NCBI GenBank assembly: GCA_030390025.1
Contig: JASTWF010000326.1
Span: 434,001-498,000 of the forward strand
DNA length: 64,000 nucleotides
Reading direction: 5' to 3'
Origin: Squalus acanthias
Taxonomy: Eukaryota
Position numbers and translations under genes: made by a program. Within the stretch, counting starts at the first letter, position 1, and every line of letters begins with the position of its first letter. The notes beneath the pieces are model-generated. The model ran no database searches, was not told the origin of the DNA, and worked only from the letters and a program-made list of their open reading frames with translations. Positions 24,515 to 36,474 of the stretch are shown one piece after another.

Positions 24515-24829
24515 CAGCAGTGAGACATTGGCTCTGTGAAGCTGTCAAACACTGACATTCTCTGTAGTTTGATGAGGTCTAGAATTCAAGACCTCATCAA
24601 ACCTTTCTTTTACAGAAATGAGATGATTGTTGCATCTGAGAATGCAACGGCCATCTCTCATCTGCAACACGGAGGTCCGAGACTCTCCGCATTCACACCG
24701 ACTGAAGCCTGCAGGGAGAAACAAAGGTAAGTCCACTTTTACTAACACTTTGCACTTACCTCAGATACTCACCTCTCCAATCTTGCACCCATCACTTAGC
24801 TTCACAGCACACTTTTGCACCCCGCCTAC

Positions 24830-25109
24830 CCCCACAGACTCAGTACTCGCCTCGCTGACCTGGCGGGTTTTGGAGCCTTCGGGAAGCCCGCACTTGAGGG
24901 CAAAAAGGGGAGAATCCTATTTTCTGTCTGTTAACTACCTGTTAACAGGCTGTTAATAGGCTTTAATCCCTTCCCCCCTCCAAGGAGACGGGACCCGGCG
25001 CGGGACGGCTACCTGCCTCCTGGCAAGATGGCATGGCCCCAAATTCTGCCATTTTCCCGGCAGTCCCGCCTCCATACTCGCCTCCCCAGGGCTGGCAAAA
25101 TCGCCCCCA
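24830..25109. mobile_element. GC-rich end of a non-autonomous TIR element
   Basis: Ends in CAAAATCGCCCCC, resembling the GG...ATTTT termini of the other elements here. Confidence 0.45.
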
Positions 25110-25979
25110 GAGTGTATAAGGCACAGTGTGGTCTAGCACAAAGTTAAAACTAACTGCTGAGTTTCAGTTACATTAAAAGAGAAGAAAAAAAATATCGGTA
25201 ATAGTGAGGGCACCAGTTTCTTGGATCAAATAAAGGCTAACTTCACTGGAATGTCAGGCAGAGTTAAAGCAGGAATAGAAGTCGGTAGATTAGGCAGAAT
25301 GAATGATCCTGTGCCAGGTGGCATGTCTGAGAAAGATTACAGTTTATTAAGGGGAGATGATGATCTTCTTCGGCATGAAGATGGACCACTAGTGGAAGTA
25401 AAATGTCATCCTGCTGAATTAATTGGAATCCTCATTTCTGAAATATTATCACAAAATCTTTAATAGATCAATAAGTTTTTTTTAGGTGGTAACCTGATCT
25501 ATTTTCTATATCTTGGAACATGCTGGAAGATATTGCAGAGCACTCTGAACACAATCAACTGAGCTGACCTGATTTTCACTGCAGTATTTGTAAGCACATA
25601 TTCATGCTCATATATGGTTCATTAAGATTCAAGACTGAAAGGAAAACCAATAGATTTATTGTTTATATGCAGCAGATCTGCCTCTGCTTACAATCTCGAT
25701 CTTGCAGACTAACATATTGCAGTCCAGTTCCAGCTGATTCAGACTAACTGCTACACTGTCAGTTACTGATTGTTAAAAAAAGAATCAATAAATGTTCACA
25801 GTATAGGGCTGATTTTAACCCACCACGCCTGCTGGGAATAGGGCAGGACGGTAGTTAAATTCAAGCTGGAGTACTTACCACTGCATTCCCGATACACTCC
25901 CACTGCTGCCTTCCCCACAGTTTTCTGAGTCGGCTGAGGTGTCCGCCAGAGGCAGGTGGGACCTCTTGAATACATGCAA

Positions 25980-26310
25980 GAAAGAAGAAAGAAAGAACTT
26001 CCATTAATATAGCACCTTTCACGACCTCAGGATGTCCCAAAGCGCTTTACAACCAATGAAGTCTGGTCATTATTGCAATGTAGGAAACGTGGCAGCTAAA
26101 TTGTGCACAGTAAGGTCTCACAAACAGCAATGAGATACGACCAGATAATCAGTTTCAGTCATGTTGGTTGAGGTATAAATATTGGCCAGGACACTGGGGG
26201 GAATTCCCCGGCTCTTCTTCAAATAGTGCCATGGGATCTTTTACATCCACTTGAGAGGGCAGACAGAGCTTCAGTTTAACATCTCATCGGAAAGATGGCA
26301 CCTTCGACAC
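25980..26310 (-). mobile_element. DeuSINE (SacSINE1-like) body and tail
   Basis: The reverse complement has the Deu-domain sequence gtgccatctttccgatgagatgttaaac...gatcccatggcactatt, then the aaagcgctttggg...tgaaaggtgctata tail and (TTTC)n. Confidence 0.85.
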
Positions 26311-26963
26311 GGGGGGAAATGGTTTCAGAAAGCAGGGAATGTAGGGATAGACAGAGACTGCAATCCTTGTCTATGTACCAGAAATTAGAGTTCTAGACAC
26401 AGGAGTCAAACAGTTACAAGTTTATCAAGGGTAAACGGAACATGCTCACAGACAACACACAGTGATGCTTTGTTGTACAAGGTCACATGTTACAGTCATT
26501 GAGCTCAACTTTCTAGCTCTCTTTTTAGATGCACTTTTTATATATTTCGAACTATATTATATTCCATGAGCTTTATACATTTTGCATCAGCTCGTACCAG
26601 TCTTTAGCAAGAAGTTCCAGGCGCTCTAAACATCTATCATCTGTGGTCCCAAGGGCTAGCCATTGATGCTGGTGTTCAGGTTAAGCAAAACATAGAAGGT
26701 ACCTACATTGATTTCTACAGCTGGGAGACACTTTCTAAAGTGTTGTTTTTTAAAGTCCTGACTACAAATACCTGCACTTGCTTCTGATTGGGTCAGCCCA
26801 CTGGAATATTTTTGGATCCCCCCCAACCTCAGTCCGGGTTTCTCAGCAGCAGGTGTGGCATTCCCTATGGGCATATCATTGTATGCCATTACCATGGAGG
26901 AAGAGCAGGAGCAGGCTACAGATGGAGCTAAGGAGAGTCAGGCACCATTTAAAGAGGAATCAA

Positions 26964-29900
26964 GGGAACGGTAGCATAGTGGTAATGTCACTGGGCTAGT
27001 AATCCAGAAGCCTGGACTCATGAACCAGGGGCATGAGTTCAAGTCCCACCATGGGGAATTTAAATTCAGTTAATTAAATAAATTTGGAATAAAAAGCTAG
27101 TATCAGTAATGGTAACCATGAAATTATTGGATTGTTGTTAAAAACCATCTGGTTCACTAGTGCCCTTTAGGGAAGGAAATCTGCCAACCTTGCCTGGCCT
27201 ATATGTGACTCCAGACCCACAGCAATGTGGTTGACTCTTAACTGCTCTCTGAAATGGCCTATCCACTCAGTTGTATAAAACCTGGCACCGGCTATGGACA
27301 CTGCAACAGCACACCCAGCCCAGTCAACCCTGCAAAGTCCTCCTTATCAACATCTGGGAACTTGTGCCAAAATTGGGAGAGCTGTCCCACAGACTAGTCA
27401 AGCAACAGCCTGACATAGACATACTCACAGAATCATATCTTTCAGCCAATGTCCCAAACTTCTCCAACACCATGCCAGTGTATGTCCTGTCCCACCAGGG
27501 GTGGTGGCACAGTTGGGAAGGAGTGGCCCTGGGAGTCCTCAACATTGACTCCGGACCCTATGAAGTCTCATGGCTTCTGGTCAAGCATGGGCAAGGAAAC
27601 CTCCTGCTGATTACCTCCCTTAGCTGATGAATCAGTACTCCACCATGTTAAACACCACTTGGAAGAAGCACTGAGAGTAGCAAGGGCACAGAATGTACTC
27701 TGGGTGGGGACTTCAATGTCCATCACCAAGAGTGGCTCGGTAGCACCACTACTGGCCGAGTCCTGAAGGAAATGACTGCGACAGGTGGTGAGAAACCCAA
27801 CACGAGGGAAAAACCTACTTGACCTCGTCCTCACCATTCTACCTGTTGCAGATGCATCTGTCCGTAGCAGTGACCACCGCACAGTCATTGTGGAGACGAA
27901 GTCCCGTCTTCACACTGAGGACACCCTCCATCGTGTTGTCTGGCACTACCACTGAGCTAAATGGGACAAATCTAGCAGCTCAAAACTGGGCATCCATGAG
28001 GTGCTGTGGGCCATCAGCAGCAGCAGAATTGTATTCCATCACAATCTGTAACCTCATGGCCTGGCATATCCCTCACTCTACCATTACCATCAAGCCAGGG
28101 GACCAACTCTGGTTCAATATGGAGTGTAGAAGAGCATACCAGGTGTACCTAAAAATGAGGTGCCAACCTGGGGAGTCTGCAACACAAGACGACATGCATG
28201 TTAAAAAGTGGAAGCAGCATGCTATAGACAGGGCTAATCGATCCCACAATCAACGGATCAGATCAAAGCTCTGCAGTCGTGAATGGTGGTGGAGCCTTCA
28301 TGAATAACCCCATCCTCAATGATGGTGGAGCCCAGCACGTGAGTGCAAAAGACAAGATTGAAGTGTTTGCAACCATCTTCAGCCAGAAGTGCCGAATGGA
28401 TGATCCATATCGGCCTACTCATGAGGTTCCCGCCATCGCAGAAGCCAGTCTTCAGCCAATTTGATTCACTCCACGTGATATCAAGAAACAGCTGAGCGCA
28501 CTGGAAACAGCAAAGGCTAGGGGCCCTGAAAACATCCCGGCTATCGTGCTGAGGACTAGTTCTTCAGAACTAGCCAAGCTGTTCCAGTACAGCTACAACA
28601 CTGGCATCTATCTGACAATTCGGAAAACTGCCCAGGTATGTCTTGTCCACAAAAAGCCGGCCAATATACTGCCGCATCAGTCTACTCTCAATCATCAGCA
28701 AAGTGATGGAAGGTGTCATCGACAGTGCTATCAAGTGGCACCTGCTCACTGATGCTCAGTTTGGATTCCTCCAAGACCGCTCGGCTCCCGACCTCATTAC
28801 AGCCTTGATCCAAACATGGACAAAGGAGCTGAATTCCAGAGGTGAGGTGAGAGTGACTGCCCTTGACATCAAGGCAGCATTTGACGGAGTGTGGTATCAA
28901 GGAGCCCTAGTAAAACTGAAGTCAATGGGAATCGGGGGGGGGACTCCACTGGCTGGACCCATACCTAGCACAAAGGAAGATGGTTGTGGTGGTTGAAGGT
29001 CAATCATCACAGCCCCAGGACATCGCTGCAGGAGTTCATCAGGGCAGTATCCTAGGCCCAACCATCTTCAGCTGCTTCATTAATGACCTTCCCTCCATCA
29101 TAAGGTCAGAAATGGGGATGTTCGCTGATGACTGCACAATGCTTAGCACCATTCACAACTCCTCAGATAATGAAGCAGTCCATGCTCGCATGCAACAAGA
29201 CCTGGATGACGTTCAGGCTTTGGCTGATAAGTGGCAGGTAACATTCGCGCCACAGAAGTGCCAGGCAATGACTATCTCCAACAAGCGAGAGTCTATCCAC
29301 CACCCCTTGACATTCAATGGCATTACCATCGCCGAATCCCCCACCATCAAAATCCTGGGGGTCACCATTGACCAGAAACTTAACTGGACCAGCCACATAA
29401 ATACTGTGGCAACAATAGCAGGTCAGAGGCTAGGTATTCTGTGGCGAGTGTCTCACCTCCTGACTCCCCAAAGCCTTTCCACCATCTACAAGGCACAAGT
29501 TAGGAGTGTGTTGAAATACTCTCCACTTGCCTGGATGAGTGCAGCTCCAATACTGACGAAGCTCGACACCATCCAGGACAAAGCAGCCCCCTTGATTGGC
29601 ACCCCATCCACCACCTTAAACATTCACTCCCTCGAGCACCAGTGTACCGTGGCTGCAGTGTGTACCATCTACAAGATGCACTGCAGCAACTCGCCAAGGC
29701 TTCTTCGGCAGCACCTCCCAAACCCACGACCTCTACCACCTAGAAGGACAAGGGCAGCAGGCGCATGGGAACACAACCACCTCCAAGTTCCTCTCCCAGT
29801 CACACACCATCCTGACTTGGAAATATATTGCCGATCCTTCATAGTCACTGGGTCAAAATCCTGGAACTCCCTCCCTAACAGCACTGTGGGAGTACCATCA

Positions 29901-30022
29901 CCACACGGACTGCAGCGGTTCAAGAAGGTGGCTCACCACCACCTTCTCAAGGGCAATTAGGGATGGGCAATAAATGCTGGCCTTGCCAGCGACGCCCACA
30001 TCTCATAAACGAATAAAAAGAA
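26964..30022 (+). mobile_element. CR1-group LINE with tRNA-like 5' head and a single EN-RT ORF (no ORF1), decayed
   Basis: A box TAGCATAGTGG (26972) and B box GTTCAAGTCC (27037). APE start NIW.L..K..EL...PDI.ILTE at ~27340. RT motifs LDIKAAFD, QGSILGP, FADDC. Stop at 29960, then a short 3' UTR with AATAAA and an A-rich tail. Confidence 0.88.
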
Positions 30023-30225
30023 AGCCCAACAGGGCATTACATCCCTAACACATTATACAGAGGAACACCTTTCAGGAGCTGTGCACAAGAAGAGTGTGAC
30101 TCACCAAAGAGTCAATAGGATATCTCTGTGACTTGCCGCAGGAAGATTTCGAACCATGCTCATCTACCCTCTCTGCCAATCTGAAGGTGACCACCACGCA
30201 CGGCTTTTATGGCACAGGCTCACTT

Positions 30226-30685
30226 CAACAACAACAACTTGCATTGATATAGCACCTTTAACATACTAAAACATGCCAAGGTGCTTCACATAGTGTTATC
30301 AGACCAAATTTGACACTGAGCCACATAAGGATATATTAGGGCAGGTGAACAAAAGCTTAGTCAAAGAGGTAGGTTTTAATCAGCGTCTTAAAGGAGGAAA
30401 GAGAGGTGGAGAGGTGGAGAGGTTTAGACAGGGAATTCAAGAGATTAGGGCCTAGGTAGTCAATGGCAGGGCGAGAATTATTGGAATGCAGAGATCTTGG
30501 GGGGGTTGTAATAGGTTACAGAGATAGGGAGAGGTGAGGCCACGGAGGGATTTGAACACAAGGACAAGAATTCTTAATTTGAGGCATTGTTGGACTGGGA
30601 GCCAATGTAGGTCAGTGAGCACAGGGGCGATGGGTGAATGGGACTTGGTGCAACTCAGGATATGGGCAGCAGAGCTTTGGACTTC
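30226..30685 (-). mobile_element. L2-clade LINE 3' fragment
   Basis: Peptide PIAPVLTDLHWLPVQQ...ILVLVFKSL...PYLCNLL is typical of the L2 ORF2 C-terminus; (GTT)n tail. Confidence 0.85.
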
Positions 30686-31860
30686 AGGCATTAATGAGAA
30701 TCTTGTAGCATCAACCAGAGAGCAGCACAGGCATGTATTTGTCCAGTCACTGATGCCCTTGCAGAAGAGTGGGCCAATTCATAACCTTTGTAATGACAGC
30801 AAAACTGCAGCAAGATAGGGCCATGTAGTTTGGTGGGGTTGCTGGCTTCCTCAAGGTCCAGAGTGCAATCAATGGCACCTACATTGCTTTTAGGGCACCC
30901 TCAGAACACCCACTCAGTATGTCAACAGGAAGTGATGCCACTCCTACAATGTCCAGATCGTGTGTGATATCAATCAGAGTATGTCAACAGCATATTGGGC
31001 CTTGGGACTCATCTGAATAATCTAGGCGAGCTGGCAGTGCCTGTTGCGCCTCCACAGGCAGCTTGTCCTTCTCCATTAATGCATCCATGCCAGGTGCAGC
31101 TGAGCGGAGCAGGCCCAGCACCTGCTCTGCCCCTTGGTATACTCATTTCCTGAGGGGTCCTAAAACAGGCGTCAGGCCTCTCATTTTCATATATAAAAGA
31201 CCTAACACCTGTTTTAGGTGGCAGCCAAGGATGCCTGAAAAATTGTCCGACCCAATTTTGGGTTGGATGTCTTTCATGTGTACTTTGTGGTGCAGTATGT
31301 TGATCCTTGAAATTGGGCCTTGTTGCACCCATTTTATGTCCGTAGAACAGGCACAAAGAAGTCCAATTTCTACCCCAATGTGTTCTTTTAATAATCAGGA
31401 CTAAGATGGAAACTTGCTGGGTGACAGATGATGGTTGTTGCCAGCTGCAGTCAGGCCCTTTGATCTGCAGTTCAGCCAGGACGATGAAGCTCTTACTCAA
31501 GGCTAATCCAATTAAACATGACCAGGACAGTGATCAATTATCAGAGGCCTGAGCAAATTGTGAATGGTGTCTATGCATCATTTCTTTGAAAGTGGCTTGA
31601 TTCATAGTTTTATATTCCGCAGCCTGTTGATTTAGGAAATATGTCTGTAATTCTTAGTTCAGTTTCAGTTGTATCAAAAGTTGACAGCTGGACTCTCATG
31701 AGGTAGGTAGGAATAGCACCTTATTCATGTACAAATATTCCATCACGCAATCTACTAAAATCTGTGACCTTAAAATCTTGCAGATTATTGCAGTCCGTGA
31801 GAAATAAGTTGCTCAATAAAATATTTAACTCTTTTGGACTGATTCAGTCTTTGTTTCTAA

Positions 31861-32219
31861 GGCTGAGATTTTGCTCACCTCAGTGGGTCCGGTGTGGCCG
31901 ATGTCGGTGGCGGGTCACGGCCCCGCTGCTGGCTCCATCCTGCTGCCTAAAATGAACTTACCTCAATGGGGTTTGTTAAGCCCGCCCAGTGCGTTTGCCG
32001 GCTCAATTAGATGGTGCGGGTCTGGTGACATCATTCATGCCGCGTCTTGAGTCGGTTTCCTTAACGGAACCCTGGCCACCTTACTTCTGACGTTTGTGCT
32101 GTCAGTGTTCTACAGCACTGAAGTGCTGCAAACACTGACAATCACTGCACAGAGGTGCAGGGCTGCACCCAGGTTCTCCCATGACTCCCTCCATATGCTT
32201 ATGGAGGGAGTCAGAGCAC
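31861..32219 (+). mobile_element. Terminal arm of a non-autonomous Harbinger (Myb-side end), inverted relative to 33629-33975
   Basis: GGCTGAGATTTTGCTCACCTC start; runs into Myb exon 1 (AAPRFSHDSLHMLMEGV). Confidence 0.8.
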
Positions 32220-32231
32220 GTCAGAGCCAAA

Positions 32232-33975
32232 GGCCGGAATTTTCCGGGGTTTCTGCGGGCGGGATCGGTGGCAGGTCGGGTGGGAAAGTATTTTTTATTG
32301 ACAGCGGGTCACAACACGCCTTTCCCAATGGCACGTCTGTCACTGCTGAGCAGATCCGACCAGCAGCGGTGGGCAACCCAATTAAACTCATTATAATCTA
32401 CTTAACAGACCCATAACAGGCTTTTTTAACTTACTTTTTAACTTTAACTTCCTGGCCATGTGAACCACCCTGGTCGGTGACCACATCTGTCAACCTGAGG
32501 CGGGAGTTCAGTGGCCATTGCTCCAGCTGATTCCTTGGCAGCTTCAAATGTACAGTAAAAGTTCCCACCTGACAGATGATCACTTTCCTTAGCCATAAGC
32601 TGCTCCTGATTGCATTTCCAGAACAGGATCAGCAGGCTGAAAGTGTTTCCACCAAAGTCTCCATCCAGTCTCACCTCTTTACCTCTCTCACCATTGACAG
32701 ATCACTTCTGTCATCTGTGCTTCACCTGCCATCTATTCCATCAGCATGGGTGCCATTTATACTGTCTCACCTTGGTCCTCAGATTCGGACCACAATGAGC
32801 CCCAACATCAGCAGCACCAGGCACACCGGCAGCACCAACAACAACACCAACCTTCTCCGCAATCACCAGATGCTGCACAGGACAGAGGGCATCAGTAACC
32901 GAGCACAATTGCCTGGGAGGCCAGGGATGGCCTCATCATGGCCAGAATTACTTAACTTTATGCCGTACACCCTGGCTGCCGCATGATGCGCCAGGTTGGC
33001 ATCACCCCACACTAACACCATAAACTTCCCTACAATGACCAAGCCATTCCTTTCACATTTATCACCACTGCGGGTGGTACCGTTATGTCTCACCATTCAC
33101 TATAACTCACTGAGCCACTTCCAAAGGTGCACACAAATCTGTCCAAGAACGCAAAGTGCTGAAAATAAAGATTTCAATGTTTGACAGCACATTAATACAA
33201 ACTTTACATAAACATTGGATAAAACACTCAAGTGGCTACCCTTGTGTGTTGTTAGTTGGTATGATTGGACTAGGATGAAGGTGAGTGTGAGGGGTGGCCA
33301 GTGAGATGGGGATGTGATAATGTAGATAGAGAGAGAGGGATGAGTGGAGGTGCAAGGTAAGTTGGTATGAGTAAGGATGTGCAGGAGTAGGGTAGGGAAG
33401 GCAGTGTGATGGGGATGTGATGAAAGGCACAGAAGGATGAGGTTGAGTGTGGCTTTGTACTAACGTTTCGTGATCTACTGAGATCATTGAAATGTTTGCG
33501 CCACTGCACCCAGGTCCTCCTGACCACATCCCTGCTTGTGCCTTCCTCTGCAATCTCCAACCAGGCTGTTTTGGTCTCCTCCTGGTGAGGTCTCTTCCAC
33601 CCATGGGAAGGGAAGAGAACCTCCCTTTGTGCTGTGACTCCCTCCATAAGCATATGGAGGGAGTCATGGGAGAGCCTGGGTGCAGCCCTCTGCCTCTGTG
33701 CAGTGATTGTCAGTGTTTGCAGCACTCCAATGCTGTAAAACACTGACAGCGTCAAAAGTAAGGTGGCCATGGTCCCTTTAAGGAAACCGGCTGATGGTGC
33801 GTCATGAATGTCGTCACCAGACCCACTTCCTCTAATTGGCCCAGAAAATGCGCTCGGTGGGCTTAACAAGCCCCACTGAGGTAAGTTCATTTTGGACAGC
33901 GGGATGGAGCCAGCAGCAGGGCCGTGACCCGCCACCAACCGCACTGGACCTGCCGAGGTGAGCAAAATCCCGGCC
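32232..33975 (-). mobile_element. Non-autonomous Harbinger internal-deletion derivative E (~1.75 kb)
   Basis: TIRs GGCCGGAATTTT / AAAATCCCGGCC. Myb exon 1 on - (AWLEIAEE...RRTWVQWRKHFNDL). Collinear with 53930-56671. Confidence 0.88.
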
Positions 33976-34163
33976 TAAGTATTTGTATTATCAGTACCAT
34001 CTTGTGATTTTCTGCCTCCATGTGATAATATGACTTGCGAATTACTTTGATTATTATTTTAGTCTGAATGTAAGTCTGACAGAATGATATTTCCAGCCTT
34101 TGGGAAGGGACAGGAGAATGTGCTGGGAAGCCCATGTGGAGTGTGGTGGGAAGCCCACTTGAA

Positions 34164-35282
34164 GGCTGGAATTTTCCTTATCTCGGTGGGTCTGGTGCGG
34201 CTGGTGCCCGTGGCAGGTCCCGCTGTACAAAATGAACTTACCTTAATGGGGCCTATTAAGCCCGCCCAGCGCATTACCTGGCCCAATGAGATGGAGTGGG
34301 TCGGCTGACGTCATTCATGACGTGCTTTAAGCCGGGATCCTTAAAGGGACCCTGGCCACATTACATTTTAAGTTTAATCTAACATAGTGGGTGTTCAATC
34401 TTTACTGTACAATAATATAATGAAAGTTATATATGAGTGACAAACATTTTTTAATAAAATTATCATTAAGTAATATGACTTCATTAACAAATACGATCAA
34501 GAACATAATTTAAAAAGTACATTAATTGGGAAGTTATTGGTGCTTTAGTCACAAATCTATAAACTTCTGAATCAGTAACTGGTACAAATAAAAGATGTGT
34601 GTGTGTAGGTAATACATAAATTAAGTAGCTTTCAAATGTAATTGTAAAGGGGTGGATTGACAATCTTATGTAAGTTCAGCAGAAGAGCTGCGGAATCCCT
34701 GACAAACAGTGTAAGTGGTGCTTACAATATGTTTCTGGGATTTCTGCAGCTCTTCCGTTAAAGTTAACAATGGACAAGTGAGAGAACCTCTGCAGAAATT
34801 CATCCTAAAGTCTAAGACTGAAAAATTAAATTAGTCATATTCAGGGACTGAAAGCAAATTGAACCAATGGAATGAGTGATGAGAATGTAATTGTTACAGT
34901 TGATGACTTGATTTAATCTTTAACTGGACAATCACAGTATACTGTGAGAAAAACCTAACCAGAAACAACATAAAAATATATTTAAATCGTATGTGTCATT
35001 TTTTATAGTGCAGATTAATTCATTGCAATACTGTTCAGTTAGCAGGCAACAGCTGAGAATGGCCAGTGAAAAATTAACATTTACCAGTCGCTTTTCAAGT
35101 AGAACAGAATCGCCATCAATCTGTTAGCTGATGTAATCAACATGTTTTTATTGTGGTTTGTTTTCCATCAGCTGTCAAGTAATCAGCTGGAGCAATGGCC
35201 ACGGAACTCACGCCTCAGGTTGACAGATATGGTTCCCAAGCTGCGTGAATCCCGTGGCCATGCAGGGAAATTTAAAAAGTAA
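34164..35282 (+). mobile_element. Two fragments of the same non-autonomous Harbinger family (34164-34389 and 35172-35282) around AT-rich DNA
   Basis: Homologous to 53930-54178 and 56340-56450 respectively. Confidence 0.75.
34649..34805. mobile_element. Small palindromic MITE remnant
   Basis: Inverted arms GAAGAGCTGCGGAATCCC / GGGATTTCTGCAGCTCTTC; GG..ATT / AATT..CC termini. Confidence 0.55.
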
Positions 35283-36099
35283 GAGGTGAGAAGCCCACAT
35301 GGAGTGAGGAAGAAGCCCACATGGAGTGAGGAAGAAGCCCACGTGGAGTGAGGTGAGAAGCCCACGTGGAGTGAGGTGAGAAGCCCAGGTGGAGTGAGGT
35401 GAGAAGCCCAGGTGGAGTGAGGTGAGAAGCCCACGTGGAGTGAGGTGAGAAGCCCAGGTGGAGTGAGGTGAGAAGCCCACGTGGAGTGAGGTGAGAAGCC
35501 CAGGTGGAGTGAGGTGAGAAGCCCACGTGGAGTGAGGTGAGAAGCCCACGTGGAGTGAGGTGAGAAGCCCAGGTGGAGTGAGGTGAGAAGCCCACGTGGA
35601 GTGAGGTGAGAAGCCCACGGTGGAGTGAGGTGAGAAGCCCACGTGGAGTGAGGAAGAAGCCCACGTGGAGTGAGGAAGAAGCCCACGTGGAGTGAGGTGA
35701 GAAGCCCACGGTGGAGTGAGAGAGAAGCCCATGTGGAGTGAGGAAGAAGCCCACGTGGAGTGAGGAGAGAAGCCCACGTGGAGTGAGGTGAGAAGCCCAC
35801 GTGGCAGTGAGGTGAGAAGCCCACGTGGAGTGAGGTGAGAAGCCCACGTGGAGTGAGGTGAGAAGCCCACGTGGAGTGAGGTGAGAAGCCCACGTGGAGT
35901 GAGGAGAAGCCCACGTGGAGTGAGGTGAGAAGCCCACATGGAGTGAGGAAGAAGCCCATGTGGAGTGAGGAAGAAGCCCATGTGGAGTGAGGTGAGAAGC
36001 CCATGTGGAGTGAGGTGAGAAGCCCACGTGGAGTGAGGAAGAAACCCACATGGAGTGAGGTGAGAAGCCCACGTGGAGTGAGGTGAGAAGCCCATGTGG
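35283..36099 (+). repeat. Minisatellite, ~35 units of 21-24 bp (consensus GAGGTGAGAAGCCCACGTGGAGT)
   Basis: Directly visible tandem array. Confidence 0.97.
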
Positions 36100-36332
36100 T
36101 TCAGCGGTGCATAATTCTAAAGGGTAATTTTTAGCCCTGTGGCCTACTATTCACGTCAGTGTACAAGTTTAAGTTCTTAGAAGGTTTGGATCTGTTTATG
36201 GAAGCTACCTTTTTTCGATGGCCACGAGTTGAAAGTGTTGGAAGAAAGTCCGAAATGTAAGAATGATTTCACGAGATTCTGTCTGCACTGTATCTCCATT
36301 TGTAGCTTTCAGGGCAAACTTGCCCAGTCATG

Positions 36333-36474
36333 GTCTCTTTGACCAAGCTTTTGATCACATGTCCTAATATCTCGTTATGTGGCTCGGTGTCAAATTTGGT
36401 TTGATAACGCTCCTGTGAAACGCCTTGGGACGTGTTACTATGTTAAAGGCGCGATATAAGTACAAATTGTTGTT
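36333..36474 (+). mobile_element. L2-type 3' tail fragment
   Basis: ctctttgaccaagctttt...gtgtcaaattt...aaaggcgcgatataa..ttgttgtt; same family as 30226. Confidence 0.75.

Larger units (their letters stand above)
26830..31376 (+). mobile_element. Old Harbinger D fossil, interrupted by a LINE (26964-30022) and an L2 fragment (30226-30685)
   Basis: Transposase remnants at 30090-30225 (LTKESIGYLCDL...LKVT...FYGTGS) and 30690-30970 (AGFLKVQSAINGTYIAFRAP...NVQIVCD). TIR-like CCAATTTCTACCCC at ~31376. The left boundary is uncertain. Confidence 0.7.

Noticed and set aside
24136..24558. ORFs containing X runs
   Set aside because: They span the 200-N assembly gap.
24515..24733. Possible plus-strand host exon ending AAG|GTAAGT
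   Set aside because: No recognisable product. It is adjacent to the gap and runs into a TIR-element end, so it is probably TE-internal.
25221..25463. 80-aa ORF in unique-looking DNA
   Set aside because: No ATG at the listed start, no recognisable domain, and no convincing plus-strand splice sites.
26964..27051. Genuine tRNA gene
   Set aside because: A-B box spacing is extended, there is no convincing cloverleaf, and it continues into retroposon sequence. Treated as a tRNA-derived head.
35183..36095. Three overlapping 266-295 aa ORFs
   Set aside because: Artefacts of a minisatellite that lacks stop codons on the minus strand.
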